From positions 1 to 63,561 of the forward strand of contig JAIPHA010000005.1 of NCBI GenBank assembly GCA_021735445.1: a DNA stretch of 63,561 nt, given 5' to 3'. Source of the DNA: Candidatus Omnitrophota bacterium. Its GTDB lineage: Bacteria; Omnitrophota; Gorgyraeia; Duberdicusellales; 4484-171. Below are positions 27,875 to 37,527 of this stretch, piece by piece (within the stretch, counting starts at the first letter, position 1; each line of letters begins with the position of its first letter). Made by a program: the position numbers and the translations under genes. Under the pieces are notes generated by a model. The model searched no databases. It was given only the letters and a program-made list of their open reading frames with translations, and was not told the origin of the DNA.

Positions 27875-29416
27875 ATGAGAAAAGACACAGTATTAATTAT
27901 TGATTTTGGTTCACAATATACTCAACTTATAGCCAGGAGGGTTCGTGAGTTACGGGTTTTTAGCGTAGTAAAGCCTTATACTATTACCAAGGCAGAGGCT
28001 GAGAAAATAAAACCAAAAGCAATAATCTTATCCGGCGGCCCGCATAGCGTTTATCAAAAAGGAGCCCCTGCTTTAAAGAAAGAGTTTTTAAAACTCAAAG
28101 TTCCCGTTTTAGGTATTTGTTACGGAATGCAAATTTTGGTACAAGCTAAAGGAGGGTTGGTAAAAGAAAGCAAAAAGAGAGAATACGGGCATGCCAAAAT
28201 GCAGATTGATAACCACCAAGACCTTTTTTTCTCTTTACCTAAGGAAATATCCAGCTGGATGAGCCATACTGACCAGATTATTGAACTTCCCGGTGGTTTT
28301 GAGCGTTTTTCTCATACAGCTAATACGAAGTTTGCTTCGGTAGGGAATTCTAAAAAGAAGCTTTATGGTGTTCAATTCCATCCCGAAGTTATCCATACCG
28401 AGTTGGGTATACAGATAATTTCTAATTTTTTATTTAGAATATCCGATTGTTTTGCTAATTGGCAGTTAGAAGATTTTGTTTCAGAGCAGATTAAGGTGAT
28501 AAAAAAGAAAGTTGGCAAAGGCAATGTGATTTGCGGTTTAAGCGGAGGGGTCGATTCATCGACCGGAGCGGTTTTACTCCAGAAAGCAATTGGGAAAAAA
28601 CTTAAATGTATATTTGTAAATAACGGATTGCTCCAAAAAGGAGAAGTAAAAAGAGTATTAAAAGTTTTTAAAGATAACTATAAAATAAATTTACATTATG
28701 TCAATGCGTCAGGCCGGTTTATAAAAAAACTTAAAGGAGTAATAGATCCGGAAAAAAAACGTAAAATCATTGGCCATGAATTTATAGATATTTTTGAAGA
28801 AGAAGCTAAACAATTTAAAAACGCTAAATTTTTAATGCAAGGTACTTTATATCCGGATGTGATTGAGTCAATTTCTTTTTTTGGCGGGCCTACTGCTTGT
28901 ATAAAATCACACCATAATGTGGGGGGGCTGCCTGATAAGATGAAGCTGAAGTTAATAGAGCCTTTTCGGGATCTTTTTAAAGATGAAGTAAGAAAAATTG
29001 CTCAAATTTTGGATTTACCCGATACAATAGTAAACCGGCATCCTTTCCCCGGGCCTGGTTTAGCGGTGAGAATTTTAGGAGAGGTAAATAGAGAGAGGCT
29101 TAAAATTTTAAGAGAATCTGATTATATTTTGGAAAAAATCATAAAACAAGCAGGGCTTTATGACCATTATTGGCAAATTTTTGCTGTTTTATTGCCAATC
29201 CGGTCAGTAGGGGTTATGGGGGATAAGAGGACTTATGAGAATGCGGTAGCAATAAGGGCAGTTACCAGTTTAGACGGAATGACCGCTGATTGGGCTAAGG
29301 TGCCTCAGGATGTATTGGCCCGGATTTCTAACGCAATTATAAATAAAGTACGCGGTGTAAACCGGGTAGTTTTTGATATAAGCTCAAAACCTCCCGCTAC
29401 AATCGAGTGGGAATAA
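27875..29416 (+). CDS. guaA: GMP synthase (glutamine-hydrolysing)
   Basis: 'DFGSQYTQLIARR', 'GICYGMQ', 'QFHPEV', 'SGGVDS' and 'KPPATIEWE'. Confidence 0.98.
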   Translation: MRKDTVLIIDFGSQYTQLIARRVRELRVFSVVKPYTITKAEAEKIKPKAIILSGGPHSVYQKGAPALKKEFLKLKVPVLGICYGMQILVQAKGGLVKESKKREYGHAKMQIDNHQDLFFSLPKEISSWMSHTDQIIELPGGFERFSHTANTKFASVGNSKKKLYGVQFHPEVIHTELGIQIISNFLFRISDCFANWQLEDFVSEQIKVIKKKVGKGNVICGLSGGVDSSTGAVLLQKAIGKKLKCIFVNNGLLQKGEVKRVLKVFKDNYKINLHYVNASGRFIKKLKGVIDPEKKRKIIGHEFIDIFEEEAKQFKNAKFLMQGTLYPDVIESISFFGGPTACIKSHHNVGGLPDKMKLKLIEPFRDLFKDEVRKIAQILDLPDTIVNRHPFPGPGLAVRILGEVNRERLKILRESDYILEKIIKQAGLYDHYWQIFAVLLPIRSVGVMGDKRTYENAVAIRAVTSLDGMTADWAKVPQDVLARISNAIINKVRGVNRVVFDISSKPPATIEWE

Positions 29417-29421
29417 ATATA

Positions 29422-29544
29422 TAGATATACACAGATAGTTTGGATGCACACAGATAAAAGATAAGGTTATGTTCTATTTAATTATATTTTTATCTTTGAT
29501 TAACTGGAATCTGTGTGAATCATATTTTTATCTGTGTATATCTA
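29422..29544. repeat. Long imperfect palindrome (ACACAGAT alphabet)
   Basis: Perfect 16-bp arms TAGATATACACAGATA (29422-29437) and TATCTGTGTATATCTA (29529-29544); inner CACACAGAT/ATCTGTGTG. Confidence 0.85.
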
Positions 29545-29558
29545 ATTAAAAATTAATT

Positions 29559-32500
29559 ATGGAACATGCCGATTTTGTCCATCTTCACGTTCATACTCAA
29601 TATAGCCTTTTAGATGGAGCTTGTCTTCTTGAGAAGTTAGTTGATAAAGCCGCCCGCCTAAAACTGCCTGCTCTGGCTATAACCGACCATGGCAACATGT
29701 TTGGCGCTATAAAATTCTACAACCTTTGCGTAAAAAAAGGAATAAAACCGATTTTGGGTTGTGAGTTTTATCTTGCTCCTGGCTCCCGGCTTGATAAAGC
29801 CAATAAGAGCCAAAATTACCATCTTGTTCTTTTAGCTAAAAATAATACCGGATACGAAAATTTAATAAAACTGGTGAGCTTGGCGCATTTAGAAGGGTTT
29901 TACTATAAGCCAAGGATTGACAAAGAACTTCTTTGCGACCATCATCAAGGCCTTATCGCTTCCAGCGCCTGCCTTAAGGGAGAGATTCCTTCTTTGATTT
30001 TAGCGGGAGACATTCCCGGTGCTTATAAAGCGGCCGATGAGTATCTCAATATATTTGGCAAAGGCAATTTTTACCTAGAGGTGATGAAAAATGGCTTGGA
30101 TGACCAAGATAAAGTAAATTCTTATTTGATTAAAATTTCTCAAGAGCTGGGAATTCCTTTATTAGCCACAAATGATATCCATTATTTGGATAAGGATCAG
30201 GCTTTTGCGCACCAGGCTTTATTGGCTATTCAAACCCAAACTACTCTTTCTGACCCGAACCGGTTTCGTTTTGGCAGTGAAAGCTTTTATTTCAAGAGCC
30301 CGGAAGAAATGAAGAAAGATTTTTACCAAATTCCGGAAGCGCTTCGGAACACCCTTGAAGTTATGCAAAAATGCAACCTTACTTTGGATTTTTCTAAAAT
30401 ACATTTGCCTCATTTCCCTTTACCTGATGGCCAAAACGATCAAGATTTTCTTAAAGAATTAGCCAAGCGAAATTTCGAAGAAAAATACTCAAAAGAAAAT
30501 TTAAAAGCAAAAAAAAGATTAGAGCATGAATTGGGTGTTATTAACCAAACAGGATTTTCCAGCTATTTTTTAATTGTCTGGGATTTGATTAAGTTTGCTA
30601 AAGAAAACGATATCCCGGTTGGCCCGGGCAGAGGCAGCGCCGCCGGCAGTATTGTAAGTTATTTGCTCAATATAACCGATATTGACCCTTTAGCTTATGA
30701 CCTTTTGTTTGAAAGGTTCCTTAACCCGGCCCGGATTTCCATGCCTGATATCGATATAGATTTTTGTTATGAGAAAAGGTCCTCAATCTTAGAATATGTG
30801 GGCCAGCGTTATGGAAGGGAAAATGTTGCTCAAATCATTACTTTTGGAACCATGCTAGCCAGGGCGGTCGTGCGCGATGTAGGCAGAGTTATGGATTTTA
30901 CTTATTCTGAGGTTGATAAAATCGCGAAAATGATTCCTACTTCGGTAGGCCATACCGTAACTCTTAAAGAAGCTATCTCTCTCAATTCTGACCTTGAAAA
31001 TATTTATAAATCCGACAGCAGAATAAAAAAGTTAATTGATGTAGCTATGCAGTTGGAAGGAGTTTCCCGGCATGCTTCTACTCACGCGGCCGGGGTGGTA
31101 GTTTCAGACAGGCCCCTTTTAGAGAGGATTCCTCTCAGCAGGGGTTCTGAAGGGGAGATCGTAACCGGATACGATATGGATTCTTTGGAAAAAACCGGTA
31201 TGCTTAAAATGGATTTTCTCGGCCTAAAGACCTTAACTGTAATAGATGAAACCGTTAAGATTATAAAACGTACGCGGCAGAAGGATATTGATATTACAGG
31301 GATCCCTATTTCTGATAAAAAGACTTTCTCTCTTTTGAGTAAAGCTGAAACCATGGGGGTTTTCCAGCTTGAATCCGGGGGGATGAGAGAGATTTTAGAG
31401 AAGATGAAACCCTCGACCTTTGAAGACATTATTGCCGTGCTGGCCCTTTACCGGCCCGGGCCTTTGGGAAGCGGCATGGTCGATGATTTTATTCAGCGTA
31501 AACAAGGCAAAAAAAAGGTTCACTACCCTCATCCGAAATTAGAACAAATTTTGGAAAAAACTTATGGGATCATAGTTTACCAGGAACAGATTATGCAAAT
31601 AGTTTCAGAGTTAGCTGGTTTTGACATGGCCAGGGCCGATACCTTAAGAAAAGCTATCGGAAAAAAAATACCGGAGATAATTCAACAACAAAAACAATTG
31701 TTTTTACGGGGTTGTAAAAATAACAAGATACCGGAAAAAGCAGCTAATCAGATATTTGATTTAATTGACTACTTTTCCGGGTACGGCTTCAACAAATGTG
31801 TAGTGGGGGATACTGAAATTATTGATGCTGATACAGGTGGTTTAGTTAAGGTAGAGGATATTTATAGATATAGGTCGACGAAAACTACTTTAGGATGCAC
31901 TGATCAGTTGAAGATAAACAAGGTAAATATAGAAAATGTAGTTTGTAACGGGGTTAAGCCTGTTTATAAGCTGAAAACTAATCTTGGCAGAGAAATAGAA
32001 GTTACTTCTAACCATCCTTTTCTTACTATGGAAGGCTGGAAAAAGCTGGAAAATCTATCTAGAGGAGAAAGGATAGCTCTTGCCAGAAAGCATCCAATAG
32101 CTGCAAAAAATTCCTGCGCTAGTTATAAATTAATAAGTTTAGCTGGAATTATCGCAGAGGGCAATACGAATCATTCGGCCGGAGTATACTTTTATGCTGC
32201 CAATAAAGAATATTGCGATGATTTTGTGAAAAATGCACAACTGTTTCCACAAACTATTCCGGCACTAAGAAGCAGAAGATCGATATATGAAGTTTATTGT
32301 GGGACTGGAAAAAATACGAGATTTTTTAGGGGCCAGGTTCCTTGGAACAAGAAAGGAGCCGTTTCAACAACATCTTTTGTCCGTTCTGGATTTAGGGTTT
32401 GGTTGGAGGAACTAAATCTTGTTGACAAGAATGCATCTGAGAAGTTTATTCCTGATTTTATTTTTAGTTTGAAACCGGATGATTTAGCGTTATTTCTTGG

Positions 32501-34310
32501 CAGGTTGTGGTCAGGAGACGGTTTTGTCTATACGAAAAGAAATTCTTTTCCATTTTACGCGACCTCTTCTGTTAAGCTTGCGCAGCAACTTCAGGAATTA
32601 TTGTTAAGATTCGGAATTATTTCGAAAATCCATAAGAAACATTTTAAATATAGATATAAACAAAAGATAAATAACAGGGTAGGCTATGTCCTTATACTGC
32701 AAGGCCGGGAAAGTATTGATAGTTTTCTTAACAATTTAGCTCGTTATATTATCGGCCAAGATAAACAATTAGATAAGTTGAGAAAATATTATCGCTCAGT
32801 TGCATCTAATCGGGAAAGCAAAGATATTATCCCTCAGCAAATAAAATTTTGTGTGCAAAAGCTGAGAGTAAAAAATAATATTCCATGGAGAAATTTAGAA
32901 TCTGATTCTTGTGTTTGTATGAGAAGCTTTACTGGTAATATTAAACAACACAAACAAGGATTTAGACGTAATACTATAAAAAAACTTGCTGATTATTTTA
33001 AAGATTCAGAGTTAATGAAATACGCTCAATCTGATATTTATTGGGATAGAGTGATTTCAATAGAATATCTAGGAGATAGGCTGACATATGATTTGCAAAT
33101 CGAAAAATATCATAATTTTCTTGCCAATGGGATCGTCGTTCACAATTCTCATTCTACGGCTTATGCTCTTATCTCTTACCGGACCGCCTACCTGAAAGCT
33201 CATTTTGGAGTTGAGTTCATTGCGGCTCTTTTAACTAGCGAAAGAAATAATACTGATAAAGTTGTTGAATATATTAATGAGGCAAATCGAATGAAGATAA
33301 AAGTGCTCCCTCCTGATATTAATACAAGTTATGCTAATTTTACTGTAACCGACGATAACAATATCCGGTTTGGTTTAATTGCGATAAAAAATGTAGGAGG
33401 AGCGGCTTTAGAGAGTATAATTTCTGCGCGAAAGGAGAAAAAATTCGAAAGCATCTTTGATTTTTCCGATCGAATTGATTCCCGGGCTGTCAATAAAAAA
33501 GTTATAGAAAGTTTAATAAAATCGGGGGCCATGGATTCTTTAGGCCTAAAACGGGCCCAGATGATGCTCTTGTTGGATAAGCTTTTGGCAAGGCAGGCCA
33601 GGAAAAAGAAAAACGCTTCTCAGTTAACTTTATTTTCGAAAGAGGAAGAACAGGAAAAGATACCCGAAGTTTCGGAATGGCCTTTGCTGCAGATTCTCAA
33701 TTTTGAAAAAACCCTTTTAGGCGTTTATCTAAGCGGCCACCCGCTCTATTGTTATTCCGGAACGATAAAATTCTTGAAACGGGAATTAATCAGTTCGTTA
33801 AACGAAAGCATCCGGAATAGGGAAGTTCTTGTTTGCGGAGTTATCGAAAAGGTCAAGGCGGTTACCACGCGAAGGCGAAATGAACGGATGGCTATAATCA
33901 GGATCGAAGATGAAACTGCCAGCGTTGAAGCTTTTGTTTTTCCGCGCCTTTTTGCCGAAACTCAATTATTTATAGCCAAGAAAAAAATTATTGTTTTAAG
34001 AGGAAAACTGGAAACCAAAGACAGGGTCCCAAAAATTTTAGCCTCGGAAATATTTCCCATTGAGCAATTGCAGCAAAAAGTAAAAGAAGTAAACATTAAG
34101 GTTGATAGGAAAACTATCCCTTTAAAGGAGCTTAAATCAATAGTAATGAGCAATCAGGGGGATAAACCGGTTTTCTTTTCTTTTCGGGATGACCGGATGG
34201 GCAACACCAAAGTGAAAGTAGGGGATAAGTTCTCTATTTCGTTAGAGCCCAGTGCTTTAGGAAAAATAAGCTCTTTGGTGGGGGAAACAAACTTGTCCTT
34301 GACACTCTAA
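29559..34310 (+). CDS. dnaE: DNA polymerase III alpha subunit (intein-containing precursor)
   Basis: PHP 'HLHVHTQYS', 'GPGRGSAAGS', 'MPDIDIDF', 'KMDFLGL', and FNK|SH split by an intein; C-terminal OB domain. Confidence 0.98.
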   Translation: MEHADFVHLHVHTQYSLLDGACLLEKLVDKAARLKLPALAITDHGNMFGAIKFYNLCVKKGIKPILGCEFYLAPGSRLDKANKSQNYHLVLLAKNNTGYENLIKLVSLAHLEGFYYKPRIDKELLCDHHQGLIASSACLKGEIPSLILAGDIPGAYKAADEYLNIFGKGNFYLEVMKNGLDDQDKVNSYLIKISQELGIPLLATNDIHYLDKDQAFAHQALLAIQTQTTLSDPNRFRFGSESFYFKSPEEMKKDFYQIPEALRNTLEVMQKCNLTLDFSKIHLPHFPLPDGQNDQDFLKELAKRNFEEKYSKENLKAKKRLEHELGVINQTGFSSYFLIVWDLIKFAKENDIPVGPGRGSAAGSIVSYLLNITDIDPLAYDLLFERFLNPARISMPDIDIDFCYEKRSSILEYVGQRYGRENVAQIITFGTMLARAVVRDVGRVMDFTYSEVDKIAKMIPTSVGHTVTLKEAISLNSDLENIYKSDSRIKKLIDVAMQLEGVSRHASTHAAGVVVSDRPLLERIPLSRGSEGEIVTGYDMDSLEKTGMLKMDFLGLKTLTVIDETVKIIKRTRQKDIDITGIPISDKKTFSLLSKAETMGVFQLESGGMREILEKMKPSTFEDIIAVLALYRPGPLGSGMVDDFIQRKQGKKKVHYPHPKLEQILEKTYGIIVYQEQIMQIVSELAGFDMARADTLRKAIGKKIPEIIQQQKQLFLRGCKNNKIPEKAANQIFDLIDYFSGYGFNKCVVGDTEIIDADTGGLVKVEDIYRYRSTKTTLGCTDQLKINKVNIENVVCNGVKPVYKLKTNLGREIEVTSNHPFLTMEGWKKLENLSRGERIALARKHPIAAKNSCASYKLISLAGIIAEGNTNHSAGVYFYAANKEYCDDFVKNAQLFPQTIPALRSRRSIYEVYCGTGKNTRFFRGQVPWNKKGAVSTTSFVRSGFRVWLEELNLVDKNASEKFIPDFIFSLKPDDLALFLGRLWSGDGFVYTKRNSFPFYATSSVKLAQQLQELLLRFGIISKIHKKHFKYRYKQKINNRVGYVLILQGRESIDSFLNNLARYIIGQDKQLDKLRKYYRSVASNRESKDIIPQQIKFCVQKLRVKNNIPWRNLESDSCVCMRSFTGNIKQHKQGFRRNTIKKLADYFKDSELMKYAQSDIYWDRVISIEYLGDRLTYDLQIEKYHNFLANGIVVHNSHSTAYALISYRTAYLKAHFGVEFIAALLTSERNNTDKVVEYINEANRMKIKVLPPDINTSYANFTVTDDNNIRFGLIAIKNVGGAALESIISARKEKKFESIFDFSDRIDSRAVNKKVIESLIKSGAMDSLGLKRAQMMLLLDKLLARQARKKKNASQLTLFSKEEEQEKIPEVSEWPLLQILNFEKTLLGVYLSGHPLYCYSGTIKFLKRELISSLNESIRNREVLVCGVIEKVKAVTTRRRNERMAIIRIEDETASVEAFVFPRLFAETQLFIAKKKIIVLRGKLETKDRVPKILASEIFPIEQLQQKVKEVNIKVDRKTIPLKELKSIVMSNQGDKPVFFSFRDDRMGNTKVKVGDKFSISLEPSALGKISSLVGETNLSLTL
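31797..33146 (+). mobile_element. Intein (450 aa) with LAGLIDADG homing endonuclease, inserted in the DnaE FNK/SH motif
   Basis: Block A 'CVVGDTEI' (Cys747), block B 'TSNHPF', LAGLIDADG-like 'LAGIIAEG' and 'FLGRLWSGDG', block F 'YDLQIEKYHNFLANG', terminal HN followed by +1 Ser. Confidence 0.95.
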
Positions 34311-34327
34311 ATGCTAACTGATAAACT
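34299..34327 (+). promoter_or_regulatory. Sigma70-type promoter overlapping the dnaE stop codon
   Basis: TTGACA (34299-34304), 17-bp spacer, TAAACT (34322-34327). Confidence 0.65.
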
Positions 34328-34333
34328 AAATTC

Positions 34334-34606
34334 ATGAGAAAACGAGATATTGTTTTACGGATAAGCCAGGATACAGGCATAAAACAGGTAGTGGTTAAAG
34401 AGATAGTTCAGCATACCTTTGATTTTATTCTTGAATCCTTAAAAGAGGGCAAAAGAATTGAATTAAGAAACTTCGGTGTTTTTCAGATTAAACGGAGAAA
34501 GCCCAGGGTTGGGAGAAATCCTAAAACTGGCGAAGTGGTTCCTGTCCCGGAAAGAAAAGTAGTTACTTTTAAGCCCGGTTTGGATATGAAAAAATATATT
34601 CACTAG
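34334..34606 (+). CDS. HU/IHF-family DNA-binding protein
   Basis: 'RIELRNFGVF' and 'RVGRNPKTGEVV.VP....V.FKPG'. Confidence 0.95.
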   Translation: MRKRDIVLRISQDTGIKQVVVKEIVQHTFDFILESLKEGKRIELRNFGVFQIKRRKPRVGRNPKTGEVVPVPERKVVTFKPGLDMKKYIH

Positions 34607-34675
34607 AGTTTTTGCTCACTGTGGTTATGAAGATCCCGCCATTAGAGGTTATTCTAAAAAAAAATTTGGAGAAAA

Positions 34676-35932
34676 ATGAAAAGGCAATATTCTAATGTAA
34701 GAGGTACAGTAGATTTTTCGTCCCAGCAAGTTTCTCTTTATGAATCTCTGCGCCGCAAATCAATGAATTTGTTTAATCTTTATGGGTATAGGCAGTTGAT
34801 GCTTCCTTTTTTGGAGGAAAAGAACTTATTCATAAAAGGTGTGGGCCAAGCTAGCGAGATAGTTCAGAGCCAGATGATGAAGATCGAGGGCAAAGATATA
34901 GTTTTAAGGCCCGAAGGCACGGCTCAGGTAGTAAGGTACTATTTACAGCATCGCTTAGATAAAAAAAATAATTTTTACAAGTTTTTCTATCTCGGGCCAA
35001 TGTTCCGGGGGGAGCGGCCTCAAAGAGGCCGTTTGCGCCAATTTAACCATATCGGAGCAGAGGTGGTTGGATCCGATAGCGTTTATCTAGACGCAGAAAT
35101 AATAATATTAGCGCTTAAGATAGTCGATTCGATAGGCCTCAAGAAGAAACAGCTCCAGCTAAATAGCCTTGGTTGCCAGGCGGACAAAAAAAAATTATCA
35201 CAATATATCAAAGAAAAACTTAGCAAGCAGAAGGATAAATTGTGTTCGGCTTGCCAAAAGAGGATAGTTAATAATCCTTTAAGGGTTATTGATTGTAAAA
35301 GAGATAAATGTAAAAGAATCGTTAATTCTTTAAAACTGGGCAAGGGGCACCTTTGCTTTGATTGCCAGAACCATTTTAACAATCTTCTTAATGTTTTAGG
35401 CGATTTAGGGATAAATTATAAATATAATCCTTTTTTGGTCAGAGGCCTTGATTACTATACCCATACTGTTTTTGAAATTACCTCTGACCAGTTAGGGTCC
35501 CAAGACGCTTTAGGCGCGGGGGGCCGTTATAATAATTTGTTTAGCCAGTTGGGAGGAGTAGATATCCCTGCCGTAGGATTTGCTTTAGGTGTTGAAAGGG
35601 TTATGCTGGCTTTGGGAAAAAAAGAGCAAAAAAAGCGCTCCTTAGTTTTTATCGCAAGAGCCGGGAAAAATTTAGAAAAGCAGGGGCTTTTGTTATTATC
35701 TGAATTAAGGGCTAACCGGATAGCTTCCAGCTGCGATTTCCGGGCTAAATCATTAAAAGCGCAGCTGCGTTACGGACAAAAAATAGGCGCAGAGCTTGTG
35801 GTTATCTTAGGAGAAGATGAATTAAAAGAAAATAAGGTGATTTTAAAAGATATGAGCAAGTCAGAACAAGAAACGTTAAAGTTAAAAGATTTAACAACCA
35901 AAATAAAGGAGAAGCTAAAAAATTATGATTAG
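34676..35932 (+). CDS. hisS: Histidine-tRNA ligase
   Basis: 'LRPEGTA', 'FRGERPQRGRLRQF', 'LVRGLDYY', 'GGRY' and 'GFALGVER'. Confidence 0.97.
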   Translation: MKRQYSNVRGTVDFSSQQVSLYESLRRKSMNLFNLYGYRQLMLPFLEEKNLFIKGVGQASEIVQSQMMKIEGKDIVLRPEGTAQVVRYYLQHRLDKKNNFYKFFYLGPMFRGERPQRGRLRQFNHIGAEVVGSDSVYLDAEIIILALKIVDSIGLKKKQLQLNSLGCQADKKKLSQYIKEKLSKQKDKLCSACQKRIVNNPLRVIDCKRDKCKRIVNSLKLGKGHLCFDCQNHFNNLLNVLGDLGINYKYNPFLVRGLDYYTHTVFEITSDQLGSQDALGAGGRYNNLFSQLGGVDIPAVGFALGVERVMLALGKKEQKKRSLVFIARAGKNLEKQGLLLLSELRANRIASSCDFRAKSLKAQLRYGQKIGAELVVILGEDELKENKVILKDMSKSEQETLKLKDLTTKIKEKLKNYD

Positions 35933-37316
35933 AACTCACAATTGCGGCCAGCTGAATGAAAAGAAAATAAACGAAAAAGTTGTTCTTTGCGGATGGGTTG
36001 CCTCCCGCCGTGACCATGGCAAAATTATATTTGTTGATTTACGCGACCGGTATGGAATCACTCAGCTAATATTTTTGCCTAAACCGGAAGAGTTGAGCAG
36101 CAAAGCAAAAAAAATAAGGTCCGAGGATGTGGTAAAAATAAAAGGAGTGGTAAACAAGAGGCCGGCAAAGACGGAAAATCCAAATATTCCTACCGGGCTT
36201 GTTGAAGTTTGCGTTGAAGAGCTGGAATTTTTAAGCCGGTCTGAAGAGCTGCCTTTTGAGCTGGATAAAGATAAAGAAGTAAGCAAAGAGTTAACATTGC
36301 TTCACCGCTATCTTTATCTGCGTAAACCGGAAGTAACAAAAAAATTTATTTTACGCCATAAGTTAAATCAAAATGTAAGAGAGTTCTTGAATAAAAAAGA
36401 ATTTTTAGAAATAGAGACGCCGATTTTGACTAAGTCTACTCCGGAAGGAGCCCGGGATTTTCTGGTCCCATCCCGCCTTCAACCAAAAAAGTTTTATGCT
36501 CTCCCCCAGTCTCCCCAGCTTTTTAAACAGATCCTTATGGTTTCCGGGTTCGATAAATATTATCAAATCGCCCGTTGTTTCCGGGACGAAGATTTACGTA
36601 AAGACCGGCAGCCGGAATTTACTCAGCTTGATATAGAAGCGTCGTTTTTAGAAGAGGATGATGTTTTGAAATTAACCGAGGAAATGCTTGCGTCTGTATT
36701 TTTCCAAGTTTTAGGCGTAAAACTTAAAACTCCTTTTCCCCGGATTTCCTATCAGGATGCGCTTGAAAAATACAAGACTGATAAACCGGATATCGAAAAT
36801 AATCCGGTTTCCGGAGACTATCGTTTTCTCTGGGTAGTTGGTTTTCCGCTTTTTGAATATAATCAGGAAGATAAACGCTGGCAGTCTTTGCACCATCCTT
36901 TTACCGCTCCCGACTCAGAAAGCGTAGAAGGGTTAGGCGGCAATAATTTAGCTCAATTAAAATCACGCTCTTATGACCTTGTTTTAAATGGCGAAGAAAT
37001 CGGCAGTGGCTCGGTAAGAATCCATTCAACTGAAATCCAGAAAAAAGTTTTTGAAATTTTAGGGATATCTTCAGAAGAGGCGGAGGAAAAGTTTGGGTTT
37101 TTGTTAAGGTCTTTTAAGTTTGGCGTCCCACCTCATGCGGGTATTGCTTTTGGTTTGGATAGATTATATGCTATAATAACAAAATCTGAAAGTATCAGGG
37201 ATGTAATAGCTTTTCCAAAAACCCAAAGAGGCATTTCGCCCTTGACGGGAGCTCCTGGGCCGGTTTCAGAAAATCAGCTTAAGGAATTAGGGATAAAAAA
37301 AATAGAGGAAGAATAA
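35925..37316 (+). CDS. aspS: Aspartate-tRNA ligase lacking the GAD insertion; probably non-discriminating
   Basis: 'RTHNCG', 'RRDHG', 'GARDFLVPSR', 'LPQSPQLFKQ', 'HHPFT' and 'PPHAGIAFGLDR'. Confidence 0.95.
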   Translation: MIRTHNCGQLNEKKINEKVVLCGWVASRRDHGKIIFVDLRDRYGITQLIFLPKPEELSSKAKKIRSEDVVKIKGVVNKRPAKTENPNIPTGLVEVCVEELEFLSRSEELPFELDKDKEVSKELTLLHRYLYLRKPEVTKKFILRHKLNQNVREFLNKKEFLEIETPILTKSTPEGARDFLVPSRLQPKKFYALPQSPQLFKQILMVSGFDKYYQIARCFRDEDLRKDRQPEFTQLDIEASFLEEDDVLKLTEEMLASVFFQVLGVKLKTPFPRISYQDALEKYKTDKPDIENNPVSGDYRFLWVVGFPLFEYNQEDKRWQSLHHPFTAPDSESVEGLGGNNLAQLKSRSYDLVLNGEEIGSGSVRIHSTEIQKKVFEILGISSEEAEEKFGFLLRSFKFGVPPHAGIAFGLDRLYAIITKSESIRDVIAFPKTQRGISPLTGAPGPVSENQLKELGIKKIEEE

Positions 37317-37357
37317 AGAGAGCAGTTAAAAAAATAATGGGGTAAAATGAAAGCAGG

Positions 37358-37492
37358 AAATAATCAAGATACAAGAAACAATAACCAAATAATAACCAAT
37401 AACCAAATTCAAATAACCAAACAAAACATTTATTTTTTGATTATTGGTTGTTGGTGATTGTTTGTATCTTGTAACTTGGTGATTGGTTATTT
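37358..37492. repeat. Tandem-repeat hairpin (AATAACC/GGTTATT alphabet)
   Basis: Left arm AATAACC units plus CAAGATACAAG; right arm TGGTGAT/TGGTTAT units plus GTATCTTG. Confidence 0.82.
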
Positions 37493-37527
37493 CGAGTTAT
37501 TAACGTATTATACGAGGGAGGTTGGAA

